From contig CM035353.1 of the NCBI GenBank assembly GCA_020137815.1, positions 1,736,001-1,800,000 on the forward strand: a stretch of DNA of 64,000 bases, in the 5' to 3' direction. The notes under the pieces are model-generated. The model saw nothing but the letters and a program-made list of their open reading frames with translations. It had not been told where the DNA came from and made no database searches. The stretch's first letter is position 1. Each line of letters begins with the position of its first letter. The position numbers were made by a program, and so were the translations under genes. Source of the DNA: Hormiphora californensis. Its lineage: Eukaryota > Animalia > Ctenophora. Below are positions 49,735 through 62,247 of the stretch, piece after piece.

Positions 49735-50440
49735 GGGCCGGGCAACAGTGCTGTAGTTCTTGACCCACTTCCTAACATAATTCAGGGCTCCCATCACCTT
49801 CATAACTTCTTTCTTTGATTCTGGGGCTCGGAGGTTCATCAGGTCTTTCACACGGTCCTCTGTTATCTTGACTTCCTGAGCTGTCACTGCTACACCAACA
49901 AATTCGACCTGTGGTCGAAGGAGCTTCGTCTTATCAGTGCATACTTTTAGCCCCGCTGAGCCGAGTCTTTGTAACAGTTTCTCCAATCTGTCTAGGTGAT
50001 CTGCCGTTGATGATGAAGATAGGAACAGGTCGTCGATGAAAAACACTACTTGGTCTATAGGAAGGGTCCCCAGAAGTTTCTGCATCATCCTGGTGAATTT
50101 AGAGCTACTAGCTCTATGACCCATTACCATGCGACCGAAACAAAGCTGTTGGCCTCTGTATAAAAAGGCAGTGGTGTTCTTGGATTCTTCTGTGTAAGGC
50201 ACCTGCCAAAATCCCTTGCTTAGATCTAGTGAGCTGAATAACGCGTCTCCTCCTATTCTGTCCAGTGTCCAAAACATGATTGAGATTCGGTAGGGGGTAG
50301 CTATCACCTACAGACTCCTTGTTGAGATTTCGTAAGTCAGCTACCAATCTGTAGGCCCCAGGGGTTTTCTTCTTTACCAAAAATATTGATGAATTCCAGT
50401 CCGAGGGCTCTGCAAGCGTCTCAACTATACCGGCTCGCAT
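49735..50440 (-). mobile_element. Gypsy/Ty3 LTR retrotransposon RT fragment (frameshifted)
   Basis: SDWNSSIFLVKKK..YRLVADLRNLN..YPLP..FSSLDLSKGFWQV..TAF..MGHRASS..FFIDD..VEFVG..LNYVRKWV. Confidence 0.92.
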
Positions 50441-52459
50441 CATTTCTCCAATATTTGGGTTTATCATAAGGAAAAACATGCATAGCCTTTCGTGCGTTCG
50501 AGATGGCATCCTGTATATTTAATACAGTCCATTCTCCGGCGTGCCGGTACCGCGGTATCATTACCAGCTTGTGACGAAAAATAGTTATCAGCATATAATC
50601 GAGGCCAAGTGTTCTTGAGGGGCTTCGTCAACTCTTACCTTTCTTCTCCCCTGGTTATGCTTTCCTCGTTGATCCTCCCTATGAGTCTATCAATGTTGGG
50701 GAATTTTGTTATATCCTTGGGTAAGGACACAGCTGATCAGATTCAAATCCAAAATTTTATTCCAGAGGTTTTAGCAGGTCCCACTAAGTAGCCACGACAT
50801 CGTCCATAGGAAATAATTGGCCATATACTCGTTTGTTTTGTTGGGTGTCGGAAACAATGTGGAAACCGCTTCCAGATGTTATAGGTAGTGGCAGGCTATA
50901 TTCTGCAGCACAGGCACAGCCTGTATCCTAGTTGATATCCTCGTTTTATGTTTTATTTTATAGAAATTAATTAATCATATTCCTCCCGGTTCCCTTGAGC
51001 TGTAACCAAGGCTTAATCGTTGAATCACGCATTACCAGCTGTAAGCGAACTGTGAAAAATTAGGACCTAACTCCAAAACAACTTTCTTCTGGGGAGTCAA
51101 AATGGTCAAGAGGGTTGCATCGATTTCAGTCTCTCACCATGTGCAAGAAATAACCGGGCCTGATCCCGCCACCAGGTTTCGGTAACACCGGTAACTCGAT
51201 GGTCCTTACTGATTAATATATTTCCAGAGCTTCCTCTGCAGAAACTCGCATGTAGGGTTTCCTCCTAGTAGTTTTAGGTCAAACGGTACACGTTGATGAG
51301 TGAGCCCCTTCCTTTATTTCCTATCTAAGGCAAAAGTACTGCGGCTTGCAGGTACCACCTAGGATAGGATGTGTCAGGTTCGCGTAACAACTCTTCTTCC
51401 TCAGTGACCCCTGGGGCCGGGAGAGGTGGTGGCGCATCATTCCTGCTCACATCCATGATAGCTATGTAGAGAAGTAATATTAGGGGTAGAGAGGCTGGTT
51501 ACAACCTGTCTGGTTGCCTTAGAAGTCCCCGTGGGCGGAGACCTGCAGGGCGTTCCCCTAATTGGACCTGGTTGTCCGTTGTCAGCTGTGTTGACAACAG
51601 TTCCTGGCTTCTCTCTACAACACCTCCTCTGTTTCCAGGCTGGTATGGTTTGAGCTTGGAAACATTAACAACTCTCTCTTCGCCTGGGAACTATACAATA
51701 TCACACGCAAACTAGGAATCAGAAATCAGATACTGTATCAGATAATAAATTGTTCGATCTTTTCTCCCTCTCCTCGTTTGTTAATAGTTAGGTTAGAGTT
51801 ATCGTTAGTTTAATCTCGTTCAGTGGGATCCATTCTGGTTTTACTCTGGGCTCGCCAGACGACTTACCCTTGCCCAGCATTTCGAAAGAGGTCGCTTCTC
51901 GTTCCTCTTTGATCTGTACTCCCTCTTCTGTACTACGATAGTAGCAGCTCCTTGGTCAGTTGATCGAGGATCACGGTGACCTTGGTTTCATTCATCTGAG
52001 AAAGTTTCGCGAGCAGCCCCTTGTGGAGTCCGGTTGTCCTAGTGGAGAGGACGGGGTGGTTGGGGATGTTGCAAGCAGAGTAATACGATAGGACTGGGAA
52101 TCCTCGGCGGGGATGCCAATCTGTAATTGTCCGGGTTGTTGGTCGCACCATTTTTATATGGAGCACAGTGGTGATAGAAGTTAACTAAATCACTTTTTAT
52201 CATTATGTAGTCACAAAATGTACCGTAAAACCTGATTGGTGTCCAACTGTCGCGGGTGTATGATAATTTCAGAATGTCTAGTGTTGGCAAATCTTTGATA
52301 ACTTAGAATAAATAAAATCTTTGATATAACTTAAAATAAAGGAAGCCGGTATGCAATCCATGTTTTTAACATACCCTAACAACCTCGTCGGAACGTCATC
52401 CAAGGCTGGGTGCGTCAAATCTGGATGGCTTCTTTAGGGAATGTGCAGATCCGGGCGGT

Positions 52460-53280
52460 AATTAACTTTGAGCTCTATCTCAAGTTCCGCCGTGTTGTGG
52501 AAGAAGAACCCTTTCCATGCTAACAATTACGGAGGTATTCCTTGGCATCAAAAAGCAGGTCCCATTTGTTGCTCAGCACACAATAACTGAGGTTATTAGC
52601 TTTAATCAACTCCTCTAACACTGTTTTCTTGGACCTCTCTCCTCCTCGGACAACAGTTCGCACTGCCCGGTGCCACTCGGACAGCCTACGGTATACGGCA
52701 AACCGGACACGTTGGACTTCCACATGGTACAATCTCTCGACCCCTAAATTGTACAGTCGGGCCCAACTTCCTGTTGGTGGGGATCTTGTCCTGTCTCCAT
52801 ACCTGCAGCCGTGTGGGCACTGTGTCCCGTTCAAGGGATTGTTGCCACATAAGTCGGTAGGCACAGGCCGCGAGTTGGAATCCAGTCTTCCAGTGTTGGT
52901 TCTTTCAAATCCTTCTTCTTCACCACTTTCTTGGCCTTCGCACAGCCTTTCATCAGTTTCTTAACCAGACTTTTCACCAAATGCCACACATCAAAGTGGT
53001 GACGGATGTAGGATTTTTCTTCCCTCATCCACTTCCTCAGTGAGCCATTGCGGTCAGACGTCAGTGACGAGATCGTTGATCACCACTCCTTGGTCCTCTA
53101 GCATCTTGATCGCTGCCTTCGCCGCCTCCAACTCCAGATCTTTCTTCTGTGTCTAGCAGCCCTTCCATACCAGACACACTGCTACAACATACCCTTGGTC
53201 GTCCATGATGCTGTAGCAGCAGTATTTAGCAGTCTTGCCAGGTGAGTCAAATTGTCCATCCGCTGACAACACCACTCTCG
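52460..53280 (-). mobile_element. Kolobok-type DDE transposase fragment
   Basis: LSADGQFDSPGKTAKYCCYSIMD..SLTSDRNGSLRKWMRE..HHFDVWHLVK. Confidence 0.75.
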
Positions 53281-56199
53281 CCAATGTTTTCAACATCTGA
53301 ATCTCGACTTGAGAACATCGATCGCCCTCTCAATACTGCATCTGCACTTTTTGTGTGCTTTGTTGTAGTTGATCTCTTCGGCGTTCGTTGTTGGTTAAGC
53401 AAATGGGACCATCAAAAACAGTACCTATTTCCTGGGCTGTTGCAGTGCTACACTGTGACCATATATAACTATGTACTTGCTGGTCTGTTAAAATATGTTA
53501 AAAAGGTTAAAAATATTTTATTTTATCTTTTTAAATAATTATTTATATTATTTATGTCTCTGCTTCCAGAGGTCCCCAAAGCCACCGAAATGGGCGGAGG
53601 GGGCGCCATCCCAGCCATGTTGGCTCGGATGGTGTCTTGGGTCCGGCTACGCAAACCAGAAGCTGAAAGACCCCATGGCTGCTCTAAGAACCCATGCCCT
53701 GTCATCTAGACCCGCAACGAACTCCGGGGTGACGTCCACAAAGGCAGTGGTACCAGCATTCCCCTCTACCTCTGGGAGAAGTTGAACAATTTCAATTCCC
53801 CCTGATAAACCGGCTATGAGAGGAGGTATGGGTCCATTCGCCACCCACAGCATATTATTGATGGTAATGCTGCTGGGCTGTTGCAGTGCTACAAAGTGAC
53901 CATATACCTACTTGCTGATCTGTCAAAGATCAAGAGTCATCTTATTTTCTTTTTAAATACTCAAATGACTAATTATAGCCATATGATTCAATTATATTCC
54001 TATGCATATTCTTTATAAGGTTTTTATAGTTTGGATTCTCTACTCCAAATGCATTGTTACCACCCTCAGAGACATTGTTGGTCCTCGGGTAACCATCTAA
54101 TGTTCGCTGGTAGCAATTCCAGTGATGATCCTTGGTATGACTCTCTGTCTTTCAGTAGAATCATTTCATAGTGGTAAAATACCCCACTTTTTATGGGGAA
54201 TCTCGTGTCCTGTCCTCCAGGATTTCCTTCCTGGTCATTATATTATGGGTATTTTAGCATCCTATTTCTATACAAATATATGTTATAAAAGATATCAAAT
54301 ATAAAATGGCTCACAGCCGGATCTCTGCGGGCCGCGCTAGACTTGCCAAATAATCCTTGGTTACGTTTTTGGTACGCCTCCGCAGCCCACCCTGCGTGCC
54401 TCAGTTTTCAGCTTCTCCGTCAGCACCCGAACATTGGCCTGGTTGACGTGTGACTATCTGAACTCCTAGGCCTGCATACCGGGAGTGTCACCTAACACCG
54501 GTCAACCAGCTACCCGTTCCATCCACAAGTTCTTCCCTGGTGTCGTCAGCTGTGACCACCACGGTCGAAGCAGCTGGATTCCTGCGGGCCGCTGGACTTG
54601 CCAAATTATAAGTCTTGGTTCGCCACCGCCAGAACTGTGCCAAATACCTTCTTCGATGTGACATAATTTTTACAACCGATTTCATTGTTCATCTCCAAAC
54701 TATATAGCATATAGTTTGGAGATGAACAATGAAATATATAGTATAAACTCAATGCTGGACATCAGCTCTCAAACGGGTAGCAGTGGCCATGGTTAGTCAA
54801 TCAAGGTGGCAGGAATTAGTAAGAGTTAGTTGGGGGGGGGGTGGAGAAAGGTAGTTGTAGCAGGAGCTCGAAAAACGTGACCAAAGTACGATGGCAATTG
54901 CACACGGCCCAGTGAATTACACACAATTTTCCTTATTATTGCTCTGCGACAGTTAAATGTCGCCCCTACTGATCACAACCACAGAATCCACGTCCATTGA
55001 GATCTCAAGGAGGGTCCTCTCCAAGTTATCATTATATCCTCAGTCATTATCACTAAATCGTCATAGGAACCTAGCCGGTACCGAGGCCGGCATCGGGGAA
55101 GATCTCAAATTAACTTCCTCCCTTTCTTTCTATATTTCTATTAGGATATGTGATCCCCCAGAAGGGGAGTTGAAAAGTTTGAAACTATGTTATGATTTAA
55201 TATATTTATATATCCTAGTATTAAATAATTCTTGCTGGCTGGTTGAATAGGCCTTTGGCGCCCTCTCCAGTTGTGAATACGGAAAGACAAGTTTAATCAA
55301 CCGGTTGTTAACGCTTTCTCCGTCTCTGACAGTTAGTCCCTTAATTATCGGGGGCTGTAGGAGTGGAGAGAAGGTGACCGGGAATCTAGACAGGAGCCAC
55401 CGCTCTATAGCCTTTTTATCTTCGACCGCCTCGTCCACTCTTAGATACCCTATTATCACCGTCCTTTTTTGTGCTCTCTAGAGTGCACAGGTGGGTCAAA
55501 TTCTCGTGGAAGATAAGAATTTCGTCTTATGGATCGTTGATTTGGGGTCCGTGAGCCTGTGGGGGTATGGTCTAGTTAATTTAGGTGGGTGAGATAACAA
55601 ATTGAGACAACACTCGGAAATCCTAGCTGAATGACCCATAATTATAGCTATATGATTCAATATAAGTATTATAATAATCAATTTAATTTAACACACAGGA
55701 TATAAAGTATCGGATAATAGTTTGTAGAGATGGTATCTCCTTCCGGCTGGGTCAACAGGGACAAAATGAAATTACGGTGGTTTATTAAACGGTTTCGATG
55801 TACCTTGTGTCCGGACTTGTCTTTGTGTGAGATATAGATAGCGCTGTTTAGGTTGTTTTGTCCGGATATTGCAAGCGTTAGCTCATGTGTAAGTTCACTT
55901 TATGTTCAGTTTGAGGAGGAGGTAGTGCTATCTTACCCGGGGATGTATATCAGTTCTCTTGGGGAACCCTTTCCGGCACAAGGTTATCATTTCCCTTCAC
56001 GAAGATGGCTCTTCCTGATTTAGTCCTTTCACGGGGGCAGGGGACTCCCCCTGCCCCCGTGAAATTAAACACATCGGCTGTGCCCTATAGGGTCTAACGG
56101 TGCCGGGGAGGGATTTGGAGTTGGACGTGATTGTCATTGATCATGTTTTTCGTTTCGGCCATGAGGTCCGAATTTCATAGCATTAGATAAAATTAAATT

Positions 56200-56330
56200 C
56201 AGCTGTATAGGTTGACATTCGCCTCATCCAGGTATATGATGTTGTCCTTAAAGTTAGGGTCTGCAGCATTAAGGGAGAGGAACTTCCTGGAGAATGTCAG
56301 TCGGGATCCAAAGTCCATGGGTTTCAGAGC
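56200..56330 (-). mobile_element. Tc1/mariner transposase fragment
   Basis: DFGSRLTFSRKFL..DPNFKDNIIYLDEANVNL; a C-terminal-like piece ACIQQNGGNFE lies at 49475-49520. Confidence 0.6.
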
Positions 56331-57029
56331 CTAAACACGGCGGTAGTGGTAGAGGGGTAGTTTCATTTCGTTTTTCATAACACGGCCGTGAAGGCTAGAT
56401 TTTGAGATGTTGGTTCCTTACCTGGTGTAAACACAACTCGGATGCGAAGAGTGTGTGACCGTATGAATGAAATAACAAACTCAGAAAATGATTCACTAAT
56501 ACAGGGAAGTTTAAGTAAATAAATATAATCAACTGCAACAATATAAAGCAAGGGTACCAAGGTATACCCGGCCCTGCAGGACGCCAGCCAGAATCTGGAA
56601 TATGCCAGTCTGCCAAGAGTGAAGCGACCTTTTTTATTTTCAAATAATAACACTATTTCTGTCTGTCTTTATTTTATTTTTATCTAATCAAAGGTTTTAA
56701 TTTTATATTTTATACTTTGGGCTCCCTTGTTGGCTGACGGCGTCTGGGTTTCCAGTCATGAAAATGCAAAACAGAAGGATGTTGCTGTACAGTTTTCCTA
56801 TACAGCTGTCAACCGTAATTAGCTCTGTAGTTATCCGGTTTGTTGGTGGCACCCTTTTTATGGAGCACAGCTCGGTGATAAATCACTTTTTATAGCCATT
56901 AAAAAATATGTGATCTCGCTATTATATATACCTTTGACTTAACTGACTTATGGCGGCCGGAGAGGTCGAGTAGTACTGAACGATCTCCAGTTATCCCGGT
57001 TGCACATAAGTTCAAGCATTTCGTTACTA

Positions 57030-57130
57030 TTATCACACACCCGTCCAGGTCTTGTAATAGGACATCTGGGAAGGTTAGTAACGGGCGGCCACGCCGCGCC
57101 TGGCCATGAGCTGGTTTCCACATAAATAGT
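57030..57130 (-). mobile_element. RTE-type LINE C-terminal fragment
   Basis: LFMWKPAHGQARRGRPLLTFPDVLLQDL. Confidence 0.7.
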
Positions 57131-57444
57131 TCCACATATAAAGTACCTTTGATAACTTTAAAATAAAGGAAGCCGGTATGCAATCCAGGTTTTTAACGTA
57201 CCCTAACAACCTCGTCCGGACGTCATCCAAGACTATAGGTTCTAAATATTTTCCCGGTAAAAAACAACTTAAAGGTTGACAAGATACCTAAAACTTTTCG
57301 TATATCGTCTTATTTTGATTTATCATTAATTTTCAGCATTTTTTCAGAATTTTTTGTCGGCTAGAAATATGTGCAAAATAGGGGGTGATCTACTGACAAA
57401 TGAGTGTGCCTTTTTTTAAATTGATAACGTAATATCTCCGGTTC

Positions 57445-57990
57445 CGATTCCAGACCAGTTGACAGCCTAGTAAGCATTACTATCTGAAACAACTTTGATG
57501 TAGTTGAGCGGAGAGTGATGCCCCTGTTATTTGAACAGACACTGGAGTCACCCTTTTTAGGAATCACTGAAATGACACCCTTCAACCACTCTTCCGGTAC
57601 CTTTTCCTCTCTCCAGACTCAACCAAATAGATCCACAAGGGGGCCAACAAGACCGGACGAACCATACCGAAGCTGTTCCTTCGTAATTCCATCGACACCA
57701 GGACTCTAAGGATCTGTAGCCTTAGAGGGATTAAGTTTACGTAGAATGCATTTTACTTCATCGTCGTAGAACATTTCGCCATTAAATTCGTTCTCGTGAT
57801 TCCGCAGCATACCTGGTAACCGCTAGACTCGGTAACCGCTAGACTCGGCGAATTTCTCATTAAAAAACTCATTGAACAAATCGGCCTTTTTCAAGGCCTT
57901 TGTCCTAAAATTCTCCTTATAGTACACTGTGTCAGGTATTCGTGTACTACTTTTCTGTGACTTTATATGCTTGGAAAACTTCTTACTCAC
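57445..57990 (-). mobile_element. LINE ORF2 fragments (two joined pieces)
   Basis: KADLFNEFF..EVKCILRKLNPSKATDP* / SPGVDGI..VWREEKVPEEWLKGVISVIPKKGD..NNRGITLRS. Confidence 0.85.
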
Positions 57991-58707
57991 CTCGGCGGAG
58001 TATAGTAGAGGTTACCTCAGTCCGGGGAGTCGTCCTAGACGGGTGGACGGGCATCGTAGGTGTATGGGTGTGATCCAAGGGGGGGGGAGGTTTGGAGTGG
58101 GAGTTCTCTCAAGCACGGTACGGGCGGTGGGGGTACGGGGCGAGCGGGTGGTAACACCGTCTTGCCCAGTAGACTAAGGGGGAGTATACTATTAAAGAAG
58201 TTCTAGTAATTTTGAATTGATTACTGATATTTGGTAAGTTTTAAGTTGGCTACTACAATGTTTGAGGGTTTAGGATATACCTCTCCGTTTGTGGGGGTTG
58301 GTAGGAGAGGGGGTACTACTCCCATGTACTCTTCCCTCTCTTCGCCGAGGAGAAGTTCCTCATCCTCGGGACTAATTCGTGCCGCTCTTGCAGGTGGCCC
58401 TACAGGGCTGCTGCTCTTACGTTTGCTCATACTAGCTAGGGTGGAGCTACTATTCTCATTTATTGATCAGATTGACATCCTAATTGGACATGAGACTCTC
58501 CTTTTGCTTGCAGTTTGTCCCAACTGATCCTGATTATTTTAGTCTGGGGTAGGAGGGTTGTTAGCTGGTTATGGGGTCTTATCTTTTTGGTCTGGGCCGT
58601 TGGGGGACGATAAAATGATAGCTATTGTTTTTTTCACTACAAGACATGGGCAGTAGCAATTTTGGCTAATTTAATTATCTTTGATCGCAGGGATTTCTTT
58701 ATTTTAT

Positions 58708-58872
58708 AGATTTCTTTTCAGACTTATAAACTATTAAATTCAGGATTCACTTTGATTTCATTTATTTTCACTTTCAGACTTATAAACTATTAAATTCAGG
58801 ATTCACTTTGATTTCATTTCTTTTCAGACATATAAACTATTAAATTCAGGATTCACTTTGATTTCATTTCTT
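58708..58872. repeat. ~45-55-bp tandem repeat x3
   Basis: TTTCAGACWTATAAACTATTAAATTCAGGATTCACTTTGATTTCAT units. Confidence 0.9.
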
Positions 58873-59118
58873 TGTGCTAGTTGGACTTAGTTTTAAAGGC
58901 TCAATTTCTTTTGTTCCACAATTTCTTTATGAAATTAGAAATCAATTTCTTTTTCTTAATACCTCCCATGATAGCCCCCCCCCCCTCCGATTTTCTTTCC
59001 TATTTAAAGGTCTCATTATTCAGAAGTAGTATTTTATTTTCCTTTCCTCTGTTATAATTCCCATAATAAAACTTTCTCGTCAGCCTATATCTTATTTACC
59101 CCTTTGAGGACGATAGAC

Positions 59119-59316
59119 ATGGGGGGAAACAGTCGTGCCTGAACCCCAGGTCAAGTGCACGGCTATTTTCCACTGAGACCTGAGACCTCAGGTTTCAGTG
59201 ACGGCTATTGCCTTAAATTTCAGGAAATAGCCGTCACTGAAACGTGAGATCTCAGGTCTCAGTGGAAAATAGCCGTGCACTTAACCTGAGGTTTAGGCAT
59301 GACTGTTTTCCCCCAT
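59119..59316. mobile_element. Palindromic MITE
   Basis: ATGGGGGGAAACAGTCGTGCCT.. / ..AGGCATGACTGTTTTCCCCCAT, ~95-bp arms. Confidence 0.85.
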
Positions 59317-59539
59317 CAGTGGCATTTAATAGCTTTTACCAGATAAGTATACCCATGCAGAGAACAATGATCGGTTGACTGTTTATTAGCCGCATATCAA
59401 TGAGGCTGCACCCCGATTTACCGATCAAAACGCTGGCCGAGCATCCCGGTAAATCGGGGTCTGACTTTATAATTCGCAAAATATGTACAAAAAATACGTT
59501 TTTTATTTTGCAACTAGCAATATTTTATAGTCCTCTAGC

Positions 59540-60604
59540 ATGACGAACAACTCAACAACTGAGTTAGTAATTGGAGGTGAGGTCTTCTACAACACCCCAG
59601 CCAGCCTTGCAGAACGGATTATCATGGCACTATGGCTCTTTATCTTAGCAACCTTCTCTCTTTTTGGTAACCTCTTTGTCATATTCGCAACCTTCGAAAA
59701 GACAGCCTTTCAACTGGATAACGCTAGTCTCCACATCATCCGAAGCCTTGCTGCTGTTGATACCACTTCAGTCATCATTATGATAGCTAATCTCATATCA
59801 GTGGTCAACAATCGGTGGAAATTTGGACAACTTGGGTGTGAGATCGTTCTTGATATAACCAGATACCTTGGCGGGGTTGAAATCTTTACAGTATGTGCTT
59901 TGAACATCTCCAAAATAACCATCTTTGTCTGGCCGCTCCGTGCACGTGCCCGATCAGCCCAGCGTGGCCAGGTGATCTCCCTAGTGTTTTGGTTGGTTCC
60001 CCTCCTTCAACGGGTTATTGCTCTGGTGATCCCGGGCCGAAAGGTAGAATTCCGGCTAACCAACTACCGCTGTGACTCCTCCTTTAGCACGACCATCCCC
60101 CTACACCGGGTTATAACTAACATATCTAAGGTCTTTTTTGTAATCCTGCCTCTCATCTTGCTACTCGCGGGAACTGCATTTCTAGGAGTGCATCTGTGCA
60201 GAATGAATGGGGTTAAGAACAGTAAAGTTGTCATGCTTGTGACAGTTTCACTAACATATGTCTTCTCCTTTCTCCCCCTTCTACTCTATCACTTTTTTGC
60301 TCATTTTCTCCAGAGGTCACCCATTGTACTGCTCTACTACTTCAGATATTCACCCCTCCCCATCTCCATCGCATTTGCCACCAACCCACTTATCTATTTT
60401 CTCACTCTCAAGAGTTTTAAAGCGTTTCTAACGAAACGAGTGATGGCTACTGTCGGGAAGATGAGTCTAGATAAATACCTGCTGGTGCTACGATCATCAT
60501 TTTCTGGGCAACAAGTAAGGAGGGAGCCCTCCATTGAGTTGATGTCACTACCACAGAGGACGGCTGTGCAGGTTGTTAGTAGTCACCGTGCAACAATGAA
60601 CTAG
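59540..60604 (+). CDS. Intronless rhodopsin-family (class A) GPCR, orphan
   Basis: 354-aa ORF with seven hydrophobic segments, N-terminal NxS/T, TM1 GN, TM2 LAAVD, TM3 Cys, TM4 W, TM6 FLP, TM7 NPLIY. Confidence 0.9.
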   Translation: MTNNSTTELVIGGEVFYNTPASLAERIIMALWLFILATFSLFGNLFVIFATFEKTAFQLDNASLHIIRSLAAVDTTSVIIMIANLISVVNNRWKFGQLGCEIVLDITRYLGGVEIFTVCALNISKITIFVWPLRARARSAQRGQVISLVFWLVPLLQRVIALVIPGRKVEFRLTNYRCDSSFSTTIPLHRVITNISKVFFVILPLILLLAGTAFLGVHLCRMNGVKNSKVVMLVTVSLTYVFSFLPLLLYHFFAHFLQRSPIVLLYYFRYSPLPISIAFATNPLIYFLTLKSFKAFLTKRVMATVGKMSLDKYLLVLRSSFSGQQVRREPSIELMSLPQRTAVQVVSSHRATMN

Positions 60605-61559
60605 CGGGGGTGACGTGTTAACCACGTGCAACAATGAACTAGAGATCAGATGCGGGGGTGACGTGTTCAATGTTCAGTATGCTTGGTCATATTGGTGATA
60701 CCATCCCAGCTATTATGTTCGCGGGGCTGGTATAGTGGAGGAGTGACTTCGTCACCAACTGGTCACTCAGCTGTTTGTGTTTATAGGAAAACAATCTGCC
60801 TAAAGATGACAATATGATACCAGGTTCTGAGAGTACCGCGATGGAAGAAGAGGGTACATGAAAGGATTGTGCAGACACTTGTCATAAGAGTTAAATTTGT
60901 ACTGCTGTTTTTGTTTGATCATGTAGACCATTGTTTTAATTGGTTCGCGTTCAATGAACACTGAACAGTCATGTCGACATCTACACTTCAAATCACCGAA
61001 TTTCAAATTTTCGGTTCAATTTTTTTTGGGTTACTTAATTTTAATCAAGCGCTAGGGTATTAGCAGTCACTATGCAGTGAGTATCACGATGATTCAAATC
61101 TTGTTGACTTGTTGTCAATTTTCCAATGATCTCGAAACTATATTGTGATGAGTGAGGGCATTCACCAATGCAGTACATTTTGCCGGGGCTGTACAGATCT
61201 TGAGAAAAACCGGGTTTTGGGATCAATCTGATATTGGTCCCTAAACTTTGTTTATGTCATCTTCTGGCCAGCACCCAATTAGTGTACTGCATCGGTGGGT
61301 GTAAACTACATCCCAGGGTCCCAATGCCTGGGCGCAATGCTAAAAATAGGACCCGAAACCCATTAAATGGAATTCTAACCCCATCCATTTGTTTCAGCTT
61401 TTTTATCAAAACAGAGCTCTTCATGTTGGCTCTTTGGAAGTACAATCTAAGGTGAGATTCATGGGGCTATTGCAACAAAATTAACAAGTTTGATATGCAG
61501 AAGCATTTATTATATTATATGTTTTTATTTCAGAGTCTTTTGTAAATTATGGTTTTCTC

Positions 61560-61782
61560 CAATCATCAGCCAATCTCAAACCAATATCCAACCAATATCC
61601 AACCAATCTCCAACCAATCTCCAACCAATCTCCTGCAGCTCCAACCAATGTCCAACCAATGTCCAACCAATCTCCAGCCAATCTCCAACCAACCTCCAAC
61701 CAATCTCCAACCAATCTCCAACCAATCTCCAACCAATATCCAACCAATCTCCAAGCAATCTCCAATTCCAACCAATCTCAAA
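61560..61782. repeat. 11-bp minisatellite (CCAACCAATCT)n
   Basis: Directly visible; gives low-complexity ORFs in several frames. Confidence 0.95.
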
Positions 61783-62247
61783 CTCTAGGGCACACGTGTT
61801 AGGTTCCTCGTGTTCCTACATTGTTTCTCTCTCAGGGTGACTGAGAGTTAATTAGGTCATAGGTATAATTGCTGATCTTATGATGGTTGAGAGTGAGTTA
61901 GGAGGATACAAATATTTACTAATTCTTTTGGGGAGAATCGATATTATTTATTTGTTACTTTAGCTATGGAGAGAAATTACACGGGGCCAATATTTTAGAA
62001 GAGTAGGAATGCCTTGGTCACGCCCCTCTGTTCGCCAAAGGAATGCCATGTGACTTTATTGCTGAGAGAGAATTGTTGTGTGAGATGAATGGTATAAATT
62101 CAGATTTTTTTTGTTAATTGTAGTTAGTTAGATGACCTGGTTATTCAACTGGTTGTTAATTGGGTTGATGTTGAAGCATGTAATTAGCTGATGATTAGTC
62201 GATAATTAGTTGACAATTGGGTTGATAATTAGTCGATAATCTGTTAA

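Noticed and set aside
59540-60604. Opsin
   Set aside because: No lysine at the TM7 Schiff-base position (LPISIAFATNP)
61490-61840. Repetitive ORFs in multiple frames
   Set aside because: They are translations of an 11-bp minisatellite
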